A stretch of 63,389 nucleotides of DNA, filler included, from Folioceros fuciformis (taxonomy: Eukaryota), in the NCBI GenBank assembly GCA_049999805.1. It is 5 parts of 5 records of this genome, joined end to end, with 100 filler letters (N's around TTAATTAATTAA, not from the genome) between each part and the next. Parts side by side here need not be neighbours in the genome. Positions count along the whole stretch, not along the records: positions 1 to 23,528 come from JBNGIO010004928.1; 4 more parts are not named here. The stretch is one strand, 5' to 3'. A program made the translations under genes and the position numbers. Below, in pieces: positions 1-11,072 of this stretch. The notes under the pieces are model-generated. The model saw only the letters and a list, made by a program, of their open reading frames with translations. It had not been told where the DNA came from and made no database searches. Numbering within the stretch: the stretch's first letter is position 1; the number at the start of each line of letters is the position of its first letter.

Positions 1-327
1 TGTAGGGTTATTAAAGCCCAATGTGCTTAGGCTAATGTGTTTAGTCTAAGATTAGTGTCTAGTTAATGTGATTAGACTAATGTGTTTAGTCTAAGATTAG
101 TGTCTAGTTAAGTATCATTAGTTTAGATTAGCTTAAGCTAATCTGTAAGAAGCTTCTTGCGCAGCTTCCTATGAGCTTCTTGTGAAGCTTCCTAGGGAGC
201 TCTTCTAGAGGGTATAAATACCCCCTTGAGCTCCCTTGCCAACTACTCTCAATGTGACCTCTTTTTCTCCTCTCCTCTCTGCCTCCTCTTCTCCTCTCCT
301 CCACCATGCTCCTCTAGTGATCCTACA
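1..327 (+). repeat. Ty1/copia LTR (family A), TGTAGG...CCTACA, inserted in the RNase H of another copia
   Basis: Inverted termini TGTAGG/CCTACA. The same sequence follows the PPT of a copia RNase H at 22784, with further copies at 10822-11072 (-) and 57236-57627. The left TSD lies outside the window. Confidence 0.85.
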
Positions 328-786
328 GCACCAAGCATGTTGAACTCATAATTCACTTCATTCGGCAGCTCGTTGAGCGTGGCGTGGTGTAACTACACTA
401 TGTTGCGACTGACGAAAACCAAGCAGATTTGTTGACCAAGCCCTTGTCTCAGCAGAAGCACGAGAAGCATCAAAAGGCATTGGGGCTACAAGCAGCGTGC
501 GCGACGAGCAAGAGGTAAGCTCGGATTGGTGCACAGCTGGAGCTATTCGAGTAAGTCGAATAACTCGAAGATTCGAAGCACAGGCTAGATTCTAAATTAA
601 ACTAGTTAGCTAACAACAGAAATAGAGGGAGTGTGAAAGCAGTTGATGCTTTATGTATTTCTTAGCTGTTAGAAATGTGAAACGATTTATTTAGCGAGTT
701 AGTTATCCAACGGCCAACCGCCTTCCTATGTAATGGATTCATTCTATCAATAGAAGTGTGTGTTCGCGTGAAAGCGCTGTCGCTCA
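328..786 (+). mobile_element. 3' end of a Ty1/copia element (family B): RNase H C-terminus, PPT and 155-bp LTR (632-786)
   Basis: Translates TKHVELIIHFIRQLVERG...HYVATDENQADLLTKPL (one stop). PPT AAATAGAGGGAG is followed by TGTGAAAG...GCTCA. A near-identical inverted copy lies at 54688-55059. Confidence 0.85.
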
Positions 787-788
787 AG

Positions 789-920
789 GAGGAGAGTGCC
801 CACCGTAGAGCCACGGAGGAGATTGCCCGCCGTAGAGCCGTGGAGGAGAGTGCCCGCTGTAGAGCCACGGAGGAGAGTGCCCATTGTAGAGCCGTAGAGG
901 AGAGTGCTCGCCGTAGAGCT
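789..920. repeat. 27-bp tandem repeat, about 5 copies (GAGGAGAGTGCCCACCGTAGAGCCACG)
   Basis: Directly visible; gives the EESAxRRAx repeat in ORF 756..983. Confidence 0.9.
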
Positions 921-1609
921 ACATCCTTGGCTTTGTGTGTAGGGTTTTGCCATTATCGCCACGACAGGGTGCCCTTGACATGAGGTACTTACGAGGTATT
1001 GAGTGGCAATCAAGTTTATGGATGACATAACGGGCTCTCTAAAGTTTCTGGTTGACATGATGAGAGGCTCTCTAGCTCAGCAAGTTTCGCTTGGCAGGTT
1101 TGCGGTTAGTAGGTTTGTGCAAGGATGAATGGCCTAAGGCAATTACGAGGTACTGAGTGAATTTCTAGATGAACTCAGTGACTCTCAAAAGTTTTTTCTT
1201 GACATAACGGGCTCTCTAACTCAAAAGGTTTGGTAGGTTTCTAGGCTTGGCCATGGCTGGGCAACAAGGTCATGGTGGTGAATCTTCACTGCAAAGACGG
1301 CCTTCCCAAACTTTTTCAAGTTATCTATTTGGCTTAGGAGGGGAGTCGACAGTTCAAAGCTACAACTTTGAACAGTCCTCTCAGACATGGAGCCAACCTC
1401 CAAGTCAACAAATATCACAAGGATGCTCCCTTCCTGAGCAACAAGCATTCTCAATGCCTTTGCTTGGAAGTGTCATGCTAGGCTTTCGTTTCAAACGACC
1501 TGCACAAGGCAATGTCACTGACCTAGAAACTAGTCAGGAGGTTCCAATTTAACATGACACTTGCACAGGGTCAAAGAAGCGTAGGGGGAAAAGCAAAAAA
1601 CACTTGGAA

Positions 1610-2327
1610 CTACAAGGGGAGGATCAGGTTCGAAGGACAAGTGGTGAAAGGGGTCCACAATGGACTGAACACCATGCCATCTACTTGATCCACCTTAGGG
1701 GTTCTATGGAGGAGGATTTCAACAAAGGACCCAAGCAAGGTATCGACGTGTGGAACAAGCTCTAAACGAGATTGTGTGCGGTCTGCCCGGATTTCGACAA
1801 GGATTCTGAGGCATGCCGTCAGAAGCACAAGAGCCTTATGAAGGATTACAAGAAGGACAAAGCAGAGAACGAGACAAGTGGGCATGGAAGGTCTGATAAA
1901 TGTAAGTTTTTTTACCTCATGGATGAATACCATGGTAAACGTCATGTGGTCAATTGCCATGCACATGCTAGCTCCCTTCCTAGGACATTTGCTATGCCCG
2001 GGGGAAGGGGGGGGCTCTGTGGACTCTACGATGGGCTCTACTTTTTTGGATGTCACAAATAGTCTAGAGAGTGAACTTGAGCCACCACCAGATGGTGAGC
2101 TCATATACCACGAATTAAATGGTCAAGCCCTGTTGGCATGTGGCTAAAAAGAGAAAAAGGTAGCAAAGGGAGACCTAGGACTAGCAACTATGGAACAGAT
2201 GGCCAAGCACCAAGAATGTTTATTACAAGAGTACAAGGTAGTTAAAGCGCAAAAGTTGACTTTACTCCAATCCATGAACGACACACTTGGCAACATACTT
2301 GATGCACAGACAGAACATATGAGCTAG
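1610..2327 (+). pseudogene. PIF/Harbinger Myb/SANT (trihelix-like) DNA-binding ORF, disrupted
   Basis: Translates QWTEHHAIYLIHLRGSMEEDF...DVWNKL*...EACRQKHKSLMKDYKK...CKFFYLMDE. It is convergent with a Harbinger transposase remnant and carries stops and frameshifts. Confidence 0.7.
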
Positions 2328-2351
2328 TTTTGGTAGAATTTGCTTTTTAGG

Positions 2352-2520
2352 GTTTCTATTGTTCACCTTCGGTCTCAAACTTTGAGCCAAGGGCTGCTTT
2401 TGGAAATTTAAGTGTTTAGTTTTTATTGTTCACCTTCGATCTTAGACTTTGAGCCAAGGGCTGGTTTTGGAAATTTAAGTGTTTTAGTTTCTATTGTTCA
2501 CCTTTGGTCTCCGTCTCAGA
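2352..2520. repeat. Tandem repeat of about 67 bp, about 2.5 copies, between the two Harbinger ORFs
   Basis: Unit GTTTCTATTGTTCACCTTCGG...TTTGGAAATTTAAGTGTTTA is repeated. Confidence 0.8.
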
Positions 2521-2589
2521 CTTTGGACCCAAAACCTCGTTTGCCCGTCTTTTCAAGTGCAATTCATATAGGCTTTTGGCTAAAGCCCT

Positions 2590-2985
2590 CTAATGTGCCA
2601 CATCTTGTCGATAACCAACCCTTGCATACAGGTTTTGGTCTCCACCATCGGCATGGTCTTCCACATTCACCCTATTTTGTCTTTGCCTATGCTTATTATA
2701 TGCATTGTTGATTTCATATAAAGTCTCTTTAGCTACCCTTGAAGCTTCTTGTTGTAGTGGAGTCCACCACTGATGATTGCTAGAAGCGGATCTTTGAAGT
2801 TCAAGAGTAGCTTGATTGAACCATTCATCCTCAAAGCCATCATTATGCTCCACACACAAGTTATGCAATACTAGGCATGCACTAACGGCAGAAGGCACAT
2901 TTTTCAACTTCATGTCATTTTTGTTTAGCAAAATACGAAACCTACTTTTTAGTATGTTGTATGTCCTTTCCACCAGTTCTATTCA
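2590..2985 (-). mobile_element. PIF/Harbinger DDE transposase C-terminal remnant (HARBI1/DDE_Tnp_4-like)
   Basis: VERTYNILKSRFRIL...VSACLVLHNLC matches the conserved E-x-x-F-G-x-LK-x-RF...AC-x-LHN motif. Truncated at the 5' end. Confidence 0.85.
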
Positions 2986-2989
2986 TGGG

Positions 2990-4440
2990 GATCCATGATA
3001 AACCCTAAGTGAAACCCTCAACTCAAAATCCAAGCTCCAACCTCCAAGCTGCACACCTATGAGAAAGAGAAGCGAAGGAAACGCCTTTTGCCTTAAGCTA
3101 GAGCCTTATATACACTTCTATGGGTAAAATGATGGGTCCACGTGAAAAAACGTGGGACCATGTGAATGGGGAACGAGGAAAACCCCACCGTGGCCATGCT
3201 GGGTGGTATACATTGCATACCGTGGTGCTGACACGCGCCACATATCACTGACATGCGCTAAAAATGTACCGGCCTTGTGAAACGGGCCGAAGCCCTATCT
3301 GACTCCTCGTCAGTGTAGTGATCTGACACGACTGTCATAATCTGGTCAGAATGAAAAGGTAACCTAGACCTTGAGGACGTTGTGGGGCTGTGATGCCTGG
3401 TAAGCCTTTTGCAACGATAAGGTGAAACTGGCGGGAGGGGAAAAGCAAGAGACGTGGGGAAAGACGTGGGAACTAGGGGTAAAAGACAAAGAGAGAGGTC
3501 TGCGGAGTTCCGGAAATGCTGTACGAGAGGGACGGAGTGACTTGAACGTGGGGTGCGGGTTGTGAGGACCGGTCTGATGGTGACTCGAGTCCGACGTAAG
3601 GTCCGTCGGGTAATCGGAGTAGAATTCCTGTTCTTTGGCGTCCACATGAGAGCAGAGGGAGTGGATTGCCTCTTCACCACTATGTGACTAGCTGTACCGG
3701 GATGGAAGAATGGGAGAAGGTTCCGGAGCTCTTAGACGAATGGCCTAGATTAGATGAGAACTCTAAAAAACCTGGACAACCTTTGGCCTAGACAAGCAAC
3801 AGGGCTTCAGCGCCCGCCTCTCTCACTTGAGATTTCCGTTCCATTCACCTACAGCAAGTTGCTTAGATTGCATCTGTAGGTCATTCAGTGACCACTGTTC
3901 TTCTGTTCTAATCAGGGTTGTGTTAGCATTTCTGGCACATCATTGTGGTAACAGTAGCTTTGGGCATCGAATTCCAATGTCACGTGTACGAATGGACTTC
4001 GGAGTCCCACAACCGGGCTGAGACATCGCCTCACCGAGCCGGAGGCCACAACTTCACGAAGGTCACGAGTCGAGCCGTTCTGTGTCTCGAACCCTGTGCG
4101 CTTGCCAACATCAGTTTGATTACGTAAAGAGTATGAACCAAGAAAAGGAAGGTTGATACTGACTGGTACACGGTCTATGGTCAGTATCTTTTACGACTTC
4201 TGTAGACAGTGCCAGGCCTACAACTTCTGCAGACAGTGCCGAAGACGCAATCCCTACGTCAAAGAACGCCAAACAAAACAAAAAAACAAGGGGAGGTCTA
4301 GGATTGTGTTGGTGTAGTAAGGAACACGACTTCATGTCTGTCCTAGGTTGCACGCTAAACTCTCTCGAGCGAACTATTGTGCGTGGTGGTGGAAGACGTC
4401 GGGGGTATGCTAAGGCGAATTCGGGAAGAGTAGCCTAAGA
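2990..4440. mobile_element. Unclassified repeat-like DNA, possibly a gypsy LTR/leader
   Basis: It truncates the Harbinger ORF and has a PBS-like TGGCGCGTG on the minus strand at 3232-3240. No recognisable protein domain. Confidence 0.25.
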
Positions 4441-4547
4441 AAAAAAATCCATATTTTAAAGCATTCTGTGTTACCGAAGAGAAAGAGATAAGTCGAGTTC
4501 AAGTTCTTTGCAAGATCTTGAAAATTTTGTCACAAACGCAACGAATG

Positions 4548-7503
4548 TCACACAGCCCACAACTTGCCCAGAACCATACCGTTAAAAACCAATGCCCCCA
4601 ACCATGTGTTGGACACGAACCTGCATCATGACAACACTTATGAGAGATGGCAACCGATCAGGACGTGTTCAACATCCAGCATGTACCACAATGGCGGAAG
4701 AATTTACTTCTTGTTGCAGTCATCTCGGCTCTCGAAGTTCACTGTAAAGATTTGCCAGACTAAGTGACCGGCAGATATCATAACAAACGGGTAGAAGGGC
4801 CAGCCTGTAAGAAACGACCACTGTTGCCATCCAGATTGTACAAGAAACAGGACTAAGAACACCAGGAGCAGAAGTTCACTTTATGAGGGAAAGTAAGCAA
4901 AGCGGACATACCCAGGCCAGCGTCATAACCAGCAAGAGCGAGAGAAGCCACTGATGCTGCTCCAAAACCTGTGAGCCAGATTCGAGTGTTCTCTCCAAAA
5001 CGCAGGGCTGTTGATTTCACTCCTATCTTGATATCATCTTCCTTGTCCTGAAAGGAGAAGCAGTCACAACTACAGCCAATTGTTCAACAAGCGCATATTG
5101 CAGACTGATAGTAAGAAGCATGCCAAGCACAATCACAGAAATAATAGCCACCTGATGGGCGTATATCGTGTCATACACAACTGTCCAACAGACACCCGAT
5201 GCATAAAGGGGCAGGACCACTGAAAGGTCAACATTACCACATACGGCTGCCCATCCTAACAGGGCCCCCCAATTGAAAGTTAAACCCAAATATACCTGTG
5301 GCTGGCCAACAAAGTATGTCCATCAGAAAACAGAAGAGGCTTCACGCAAATGTAACCGCGGGGAACCATTGGATGGTAAAGGTAGCTTCACGTTCCAGGA
5401 AGTTGGAACTCATTTGAGGAGAATTATTTGCACCTATCAGAGTTAGGTTGGGATCAGCAGGAAAGTGGAAATGTTTACCCAGAACGACCACCTTTTGATG
5501 AGAGGATAAGATCCCACAAAGAGAAGAGAAGATGCACCCAGGACCTTACTGCAAACAAAAAACACGTCTGCAAGCAACAGTCGATCGCTTTGCGGCACAT
5601 GGAAAGCAGAGTAGACATGCTCCATTGCATGTGAAATCAACTTCCAGCCTTACACATCTTTCTTTAACTGGTGGCTTACCTGAAATCGTTCAGCTGGAGA
5701 AGCACACCAAGTCCAAGTGACAACTGAACACCTAAAAACATTAATCCTTGAATAGGTGTCAGCACACCTGCAGCAATTGGTCGGAGCCTTGTCCGTTCGA
5801 CCTGCAAAAAATACAGACAGGTTGGACTTACACTCAAGATGCGGGTATGCACAAAGCACCTCCCAGGCACAGACCTTGGGGTCAATGTCACGGTCAAGTA
5901 TGTCGTTGACTGTGCAACCAGCACCCCTTAGAAGAACAGCTCCGAATCCAAAGAGAGCTAGCAGACGTACATCTGGCCAGGATCCTGGAGGAGCGGCCAA
6001 GGCAATTGACCTGTCTCCAGATCATAGAACATTACAGTCATAACGAGAGGGTAAGAAGTGCACCGAAATGAGGGGCAGGAAAGATTGTAACCCCTTACAC
6101 CCTCACATCAGCATCTGACAGTGCAGTAAGGAGCCATACCAGAAGCATGGCCAAGTCAGCAACCACGTTCCGATAGGCTTATCAAGGCGTGCTAGGCGGG
6201 CAAAAGGCCTCCAAGCTGTTGGTAACCAGCGGTCAATCCAAGGTTGTCGCAGCAATTCTCTGGAAACCGGTGTGTGTTGCTCTTCCAACCCCTTCCAGCT
6301 TTTGTGAGACCTCTCCACATGCGAGTCTGTGGGAACACCACTAGGCTTGCCTGAAGAAAATTTGACAACAAAAAGGTGCACACTCTGCGACAAGCAAAAC
6401 GAACCTCGAATCAGCAAGAACGTGAAACTACAACCGTACGCCAGTCATTTAATGTTGTCTTCAAGAGCAACAAAAGAAATGCCAAGGCATAGTCAACATG
6501 CGCAGGAATAGCTACAGACTCCAAGCTATCTACTCACCTGAGGCTTCCACCGAGCTTTCTCCTTCAACCCGCTTATCACGATTTGACTACGACAGGCACG
6601 CGGTGATGGACTTTTTCCTGTAGCTCCCTGCCACATTTGTATGATCGACAAGACATCAGGGCCCCACATGCTCAGACAAAACCTTCAATACATGCATACA
6701 GGCTCACTCGTGGCCAGGTGCTTAAATTAGCAGCATCCAGAAACACTCGTACAGTTTAGCGTACCCAACTTGCATTCACCTGGTCTGGAAAGCAATGACC
6801 ACCATTCCACTTACCAAGAGGTGAGAGCATTCAATTGTTTCAGACATTGTCAATGTTAACATGCAGGAAAAACTCCACCCACATGATCCAGAATCGCACC
6901 ACGTGTTGCTTGCAAGTATCCACCTCGTCGTTAAGAAGCTGCGTGCGAATTTGACATCCCAACACTGACACAGGTTGAATAGAAGTATAGTTTCGTTTTG
7001 ATGCCACGACAGCCAAGTCTGGAACCACACACAGCACGACACCTTGGCCCTGCGACACATGCCTACCAGCTGATCAGACGCCATCTTAAATTGCGTTGTT
7101 GTCTTGTTTACTTCACATCAGGGCACAACAGAGGAAGGAGCCAACTCAAGTCCAGAATCCAGTGCGATTACAACATTTTAGTTCGCTAAGGAGTGGAATG
7201 AGTTGACTGCAAAATCCGATCGACGTACTAGTGAATCAGCCAAACAACATAGACACTAAGATAGGCAACAGGAAAGAATTGGGAGGCAGGATTGCGTCTA
7301 CCGACCCCTTGAAACCGCTCCAGATGTGTGCACGATGTCTTGGAATTGATGGTACCGTCAATATCACGAGGAGAGTGCTCGTGTAAGGTGATGAACGTGG
7401 ACTGTCTGCAATAGGTCTGCTGCTGTGAGCCCCTACCGGTGGAGGTGGATCGCAAGCGGCATAGGGAACGGGCAACACGCCACGCTGACGACAAAGGCGC
7501 CAT
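4548..7503 (-). CDS. COQ2: 4-hydroxybenzoate polyprenyltransferase (UbiA family, mitochondrial), multi-exon
   Basis: Exons translate [71 protein letters not shown] and [12 protein letters not shown]. Stop at 4548-4550. ATG 7503 starts an R/S-rich transit-like peptide. The 5' exon boundaries are uncertain. Confidence 0.92.
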
Positions 7504-7638
7504 TCCAAGCTCAACGCTCTACGCAAAAACTATGTTCACAAACCTAGTTCACATTCCTTTGTTATTCCTCTCCGAGACTGAGACGTACATGCCTTAAAAC
7601 TGTTTGCCCTTAGGCAGGACAGGTGAGTGGTGGATTCG

Positions 7639-8462
7639 ATGGCCGAGGAAACAATGGTAAGACACAGGCACAACAACAGGGTGAATGAGGACTACAAAGG
7701 AGAGCTGGGCACGGGAGCTGGTGCCACCGCTCTGCACCCTGCCTCCGCTTTCCGCTGCACATGGAGATGGCAACAGCCTCTGGAAAATCTTGTATGGCTG
7801 GCTGCTTCTCTCTTCATCATCTTCTACGGAGATGCTCGTACCAACTTCTTCACCGTCATCTTCGCCGATTCCCGGATCAGGAGGTAAGGTTGTATACTCC
7901 TGCTTTCAAATTGAAAGGCCTTCTTCGAGATCATCCACTTCCATGTTTGCAGGACACCGTTCAACTCAGCGCTAGTCTGTCTTACGATCAACGCCGGGAT
8001 TTTTGTCTACGTGGCTGTCTGGCGCCGTCAGTTGCTCAACCATTCAGCCGACAACTGGGATGTGGTTGCTCCAGTTGCCATTCGAACAGCTACATTTCTT
8101 GGTCTCTTAGCTACGTTATTGTGAGTGTATCCTATTCTGTACCCACTGTCCCAGGCTGAATCTGTCTCCTAAATGACCAAGCGGGATACTGATCTACACC
8201 AGTCGTTGCCATGTAGATTCGCGGTAGCGCTGTGGCCAGTATGGAGTATCTTAACTCTTCCTCTCCTGGTAAGTACGTACGCCTCACCGCTACTATTTTG
8301 TGCAGGCCCATCATCAGTGTTTGATGGGCTCCGTGGCCTGTTGCATTGCAGTTCACCTTGTTTATGGCATTTGTTATCATCTCGCCCTACCTGCCACCCT
8401 ACGTCAGCGCAGCAGGCACAAAATGTGGGGGATCACACGTGACGCTCGGGCACAGGCCTTAA
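7639..8462 (+). CDS. TMEM128-like small multi-pass membrane protein, 4 exons
   Basis: GT-AG splicing joins ENLVWLAASLFIIFYGD...DSRIRR / TPFNSALVCLTINAGIFVY...TLL / FAVALWPVWSILTLPLL / FTLFMAFVIISPY...HRP*, which resembles the plant TMEM128 family. Confidence 0.75.
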
Positions 8463-9489
8463 CCTCAGAATTACGGCAGCCATTCTGTGGGAAATGCTCA
8501 GTTTTACGTCTTTCCTGGTCCTGTGATCGATTTGGAGTAAACTGGGTGAGGGCCCAGGGGAAGGTCATCGTGGGCTGTCCAACGAATCTCTGCTTGCATG
8601 TTTGCCTGGAGCCGAGCTTTGGATTTCCGAATAGGTGTTCGACATGGCTTGCAGAGCCTCGGTGTGTGCACTTACCATCCTAAAACACAGGCATCTTGTT
8701 GACCAATTTCTTAACAGGATCGAAAGGATCGTGCACGGTCTTCACATGGTTGATGTCAAGGCACCTAAATTCTATCTCCACCAACCTCCTCTAATCAGAC
8801 ATCTACGTAACTATGTACATACATATGTATGTACAAACTCCCTACGTCAGTCGTACTCCGCACTGCGCGTTGTGGCTAGAAAGCCGGGCGGAGTCTCTGC
8901 GCTCGGCTTTTCCCAATAAGCAGTGTCCAGGCATACCTTGGAAAACCTCCTTTTTCTTAACAACTTTGTCCTAAAGTGATATTTAAAAAACAAAATTGCT
9001 TTGAACCTCCAAGTGAAACACAAATGGCGCATGGGAATGTTAGTTTTTGAGAAAAAATAATAATTTGTTTCTTAAATAAAAATGACTTTTTACTCTTGTA
9101 CTCAAAAATATATCTTTAATGTGTATTATATTTTATATTAAAAACTTAAGAATGCTAATGTAGTTCACATATCAAAATCACATAAGTTTTTATTTGAGTA
9201 TGAAAATAGGAAACAACTTTCAACGAGATTCAAAAGAGAAGTAACAAGACAAAGAATTTCCTATTCTATAGATATAGGTTAAGACATATGTGATTTATTT
9301 ATTTATTTGAGAAGAACAAGATGAAAAAACTCATCTACCCCTTAGATAAACCATGATAAGAACACTAGGGGCTAACCCCTAAACCCTAATGACTACCAAT
9401 AGCACCTAAAACATCATGGTATGGGAGGCGAAAGGGTCTACCTAGCACTAGGGTTGCTGACGCTACCACTCCTACCATCGTTGTTGTCT

Positions 9490-9797
9490 AGTATGTAGCA
9501 TTAGCCAATGATTGTTGTAGAGCAATAGAAACCCTCTGTCGAAAAAATGCCACAATATACGAAAGAGGAAGAACCATTTTTCCTATTGTGAACCTCCTTG
9601 GCGCAAGACTTCAAAAACTTGGCAAATGCCTTGCACATGGCCCTATGGGTCTCAATAGCAAGGGGGATAAAGGTGTGTCCAACTTGGAGAGTTGAGGGTT
9701 GCATGCTCACAAACCATGACCCGTGTGAGGTCAATTACAAGGACATCGGTAATAAAAACTTGTTCTCCATGGATGAGGAAAAGGTCAGCCTGAACCT
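9490..9797 (-). mobile_element. Fragment of a non-LTR retrotransposon with restriction-like endonuclease (CRE/R2/NeSL type)
   Basis: Across frameshifts it reads QADLFL...FITDVLVID, FIPLAIETH and FFRQRVSIALQ...A, the motif order of the C-terminal RLE domain. Confidence 0.55.
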
Positions 9798-10231
9798 TGA
9801 GCTCAACCTTGATCCCCAAATCTCCCACTAAACGAGCAAGCCACAGGGCTTCCTTGCAAGCCTCAGTCGCTGCAACATACTCAGCCTCTATGGTAGATAG
9901 CGTTATGCACGATTGCAAACGAGATCGCCATGAGACTGCCTCTCTAGTGCACATAAAGACATAACCTGATGTAAGCCTCCTTTTGTCCATATCCCCTACA
10001 TAATCAGCATCCGTATATCCCACGACAAATGCATCCTCACTACCCAAACATATGCACAAAGCTTTTGTATCATTTAAGTACCTCATAACTCCTTTTACTG
10101 CCTCCCAATGCTTCTTGCTAGGGTTTGACATAAACCTACTAACCACTCCCACTGCAAAAGCAATATTAGGATGTGTAGCAATCATTGCATACATCAAACT
10201 CCCTACAGCTGATGAGTATGGAACCTTCTCC
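9798..10231 (-). mobile_element. Ty1/copia RT-RNase H fragment (family A)
   Basis: SLMYAMIATHPNIAFAVGVVSRF...GYTDADY...LSTIEAEY. Highly similar to 22085-22510 and 23629-23870. Confidence 0.9.
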
Positions 10232-10570
10232 TAAACGCCCGCGCCTCACCGCCCGCTCCTCGACGACTGCGCCCGCATCGACCGCACCTCGGCGGTAGGA
10301 GGGCCTCAGGCTCCTGTACTACTGGAAGTGCTACCTCCAGCGCTACCGGATGTGTACCCGGGGGATGGTCCTGCTGTTTCTCCCCCATAGGGAGCTTTGC
10401 TCCACGAGACAAACGAAACCTCGGCAGGTCCTGTAGGTTTAGACCTAAAGGTCACACCTTTCCTGCCAAAATCAAACACACAAGTTGTCCCGTACAACCA
10501 CGGTCTCCCAAGGAGCACCTTGTACCCTAGGTCAGACACTGGCCTCATGCTAGCTCTTGGGGCCGGCACC
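10232..10570 (-). mobile_element. Gypsy-like aspartic protease C-terminal fragment
   Basis: YKVLLGRPWL motif in ORF 10306..10569. Confidence 0.45.
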
Positions 10571-10821
10571 CCGAACTGCGGGATGGCGCGGCGGCGCCCT
10601 CCCGCTGCTTGGCTCCCGCTACCACTTCGCGTTGCCGTTGCCGTGGCCTGAGCACATCGGGGCTGGAGCCCCCTGCACCTCGGGTAGAAGAGTGGCCTCG
10701 GACGGCCCTCAAGATGCTTGCTGCCTTCACTGCGGTGCCCTCCTCATGGCCTTGCGCACCTTGTTTGCAGCACCTACAGACATCACCAATCTTGCTCCAC
10801 AATCCTAGCTCTATTACAAGT

Positions 10822-11072
10822 TGAAGGATCGCTAGAGGAGCCACATGGTGAAGGAGGAGAGGAGGAAGTAAAGAGGAGAGCAGAAAGAGAGGTCTCACAC
10901 TCTCACAATGTCTCAATTGCAAGGGAGCTCAAGGGGGTATTTATACCCTCTAGAAGAGCTCACAAGGAAGCTTCACAATTAGCTTAAGCTAATCTAAATA
11001 AATGATACTTAACTACACTAATCTTAGACTAAATACATTAGTCTAAGCACATTGGGCTTTAATAACCCTACA
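10822..11072 (-). repeat. Copia family A LTR (probable 5' LTR), with a degenerate PBS-like sequence at about 10807-10820
   Basis: Reverse-complement match to 1-327, reading TGTAGGG...TCCTTCA on the minus strand. Confidence 0.8.

Noticed and set aside
756-983. Repeat-containing 75-aa ORF
   Set aside because: It starts inside an LTR and is open only because of a 27-bp tandem repeat.
9652-10197. 181-aa ORF as a novel copia/endonuclease fusion protein
   Set aside because: Chance in-frame read-through across the junction of two unrelated decayed elements at about 9797.
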